This document shows, one piece after another, positions 31,042-32,000 of a stretch of 32,000 bases of DNA (its first letter is position 1; each line of letters starts with the position of its first letter). The stretch is taken from the NCBI GenBank assembly GCA_022843095.1, contig JALHOH010000001.1:330001-362000 (forward strand). Direction: 5' to 3'. The stretch comes from Candidatus Saccharimonadota bacterium (GTDB taxonomy: Bacteria; Patescibacteriota; Patescibacteriia; 2-12-FULL-60-25). The notes beneath the pieces were generated by a model. The model made no database searches, had not been told where the DNA came from, and saw only the letters and a list, made by a program, of their open reading frames with translations. The translations under genes were made by a program, and so were the position numbers.

Positions 31042-32000
31042 ATGACATCATCCGTGAAATCATTCAAACGTATCTTGACCTACGCGGCCATTGGGCTAGC
31101 AAGTATTGGGCTCGTGTGGTTTGTGGCGTATGAGCCTGGAGGTCCCGACAGCGAACCCGGTCGCCACATCAATGTTCAAGCTGACGATTGGACCAAGGGC
31201 AATAAGGATGGCCAGGTGACCTTGGTAGAGTATTTGGATTTCGAATGCGAGGCATGTGGGGCATATTACCCAGTCGTAAAGCAGCTTGAGGCAGAATTTG
31301 GGGATCGTGTTCGTTTTGTTTCGCGGTATTTTCCGCTTCCTGGCCATAAGAACAGCATGACCGCCGCGAGCGCAGTGGAAGCGGCGGGTCGCCAAGGGAA
31401 ATTCTGGGAAATGCACGATACGTTATTTGAAAACCAGAAGGCATGGGCCGAAAAGAGCATGGCGGATCCGAAGCTGTTCCTCGCGTATGCTCAAAAAATT
31501 GGATTGGACATGGCCAAATATCAAAAGGATGTCAATGATTCATCGCTGCGTGATCGCATCGAACGAGATAAGAGATCCGGCGAAGCGCTTGGCATACAAG
31601 GCACCCCATCTTTTTTTCTGAACGGAGAAAAGATCAGCAATCCTCGAAGCTACGAAGAGTTTAAGACGCTCATTTCCGCAGAACTTCTTAAAACGCAGGC
31701 CGCCAGTCTTCCGCCGAAAGGCGAAAAAGTCCATGAGCATGCTGATTTTAAGGTCTATATAGATGGACAAGCTTTCGACTTTAAGCCTTCAAAATTCCAA
31801 TCTTCGAAAGAGAATCCGCTCGATCCTGACGCCCACCTCCACGACGGAAACGGAGATGTCACCCACAAACACAGAAAAGGGATTACGTTGGGATATTTCT
31901 TCAAATCCTTGGGCATGAGCTTTGACCAGAATTGTTTTGTTACCGATCCTAAAACGCGCTACTGCAATGGAGAGGATAAAAAACTTAAGCTGTATGTGAA
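31042..32000 (+). CDS. Second membrane-anchored DsbA-like protein (CEAC active site) with a His-rich C-terminal extension; 3' end lies outside the window
   Basis: This ORF is my own translation and is absent from the track because no stop codon falls in the window. It begins 'MTSSVKSFKRILTYAAIGLASIGLVWF'. It contains 'LVEYLDFECEACGAYYP' and 'GIQGTPSFFLNG', then 'HEHADFKVYIDGQAFDF...DAHLHDGNGDVTHKH...ITLGYFFKSLG'. Confidence 0.7.
   Translation, partial: MTSSVKSFKRILTYAAIGLASIGLVWFVAYEPGGPDSEPGRHINVQADDWTKGNKDGQVTLVEYLDFECEACGAYYPVVKQLEAEFGDRVRFVSRYFPLPGHKNSMTAASAVEAAGRQGKFWEMHDTLFENQKAWAEKSMADPKLFLAYAQKIGLDMAKYQKDVNDSSLRDRIERDKRSGEALGIQGTPSFFLNGEKISNPRSYEEFKTLISAELLKTQAASLPPKGEKVHEHADFKVYIDGQAFDFKPSKFQSSKENPLDPDAHLHDGNGDVTHKHRKGITLGYFFKSLGMSFDQNCFVTDPKTRYCNGEDKKLKLYV

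Noticed and set aside
1-32000. A search by eye for CRISPR arrays, IS terminal inverted repeats, a reverse transcriptase with template/variable repeats (DGR or retron), and rRNA.
   Set aside because: I saw no regularly spaced direct repeats, no transposase or reverse-transcriptase-like ORF, and no rRNA-like sequence. The only RNA genes I can support are two tRNAs and the tmRNA.

Overview
The window has three parts, and all calls rest on reading the sequence and recalling protein families, with no searches run.

**1. Backbone, about 1-20.7 kb.** This is compact, mostly GC-rich bacterial chromosome with very short intergenic gaps. The gene content resembles a small-genome CPR/Patescibacteria-like organism, but that taxonomy is inference. 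It carries:
- thrS, then on the minus strand smpB, ssrA (tmRNA), infC, rpmI and rplT.
- A PP2C phosphatase followed by two about 650-700 aa highly charged orphan proteins.
- An AI-2E/PerM-type transporter operon that ends in an HtrA-like protein lacking the catalytic His and Ser.
- A XerC/D-type recombinase, tRNA-Arg(UCU), a sirtuin and an IMPase-fold protein.
- Many genes sit 6-16 nt downstream of TGnTAnnnT-type extended -10 elements, which suggests leaderless or near-leaderless mRNAs.

**2. Integrated element, about 20.76-29 kb.** This is the main accessory feature. It lies immediately 3' of tRNA-His(GUG) and is entirely on the minus strand. It contains:
- A large serine recombinase whose reading frame runs through the tRNA terminator into the tRNA.
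- A zinc-finger/Toprim/P-loop primase-helicase-like replicase, several small ORFs and a DUF5659-like ORF.
- A separately promoted and terminated two-gene cargo operon that I cannot assign to any family.
- No virion or conjugation genes are visible. The layout resembles a phage satellite or a small integrative replicon. Its right boundary is unresolved.

**3. AT-richer segment, about 29-32 kb.** It holds a small leaderless secreted-protein gene and a tight operon. The operon is DsbA-like, then a CxxC polytopic membrane protein, then a second DsbA-like protein with a His-rich C-terminal domain. No DsbB or VKOR is visible.

No CRISPR array, rRNA or IS element was seen.
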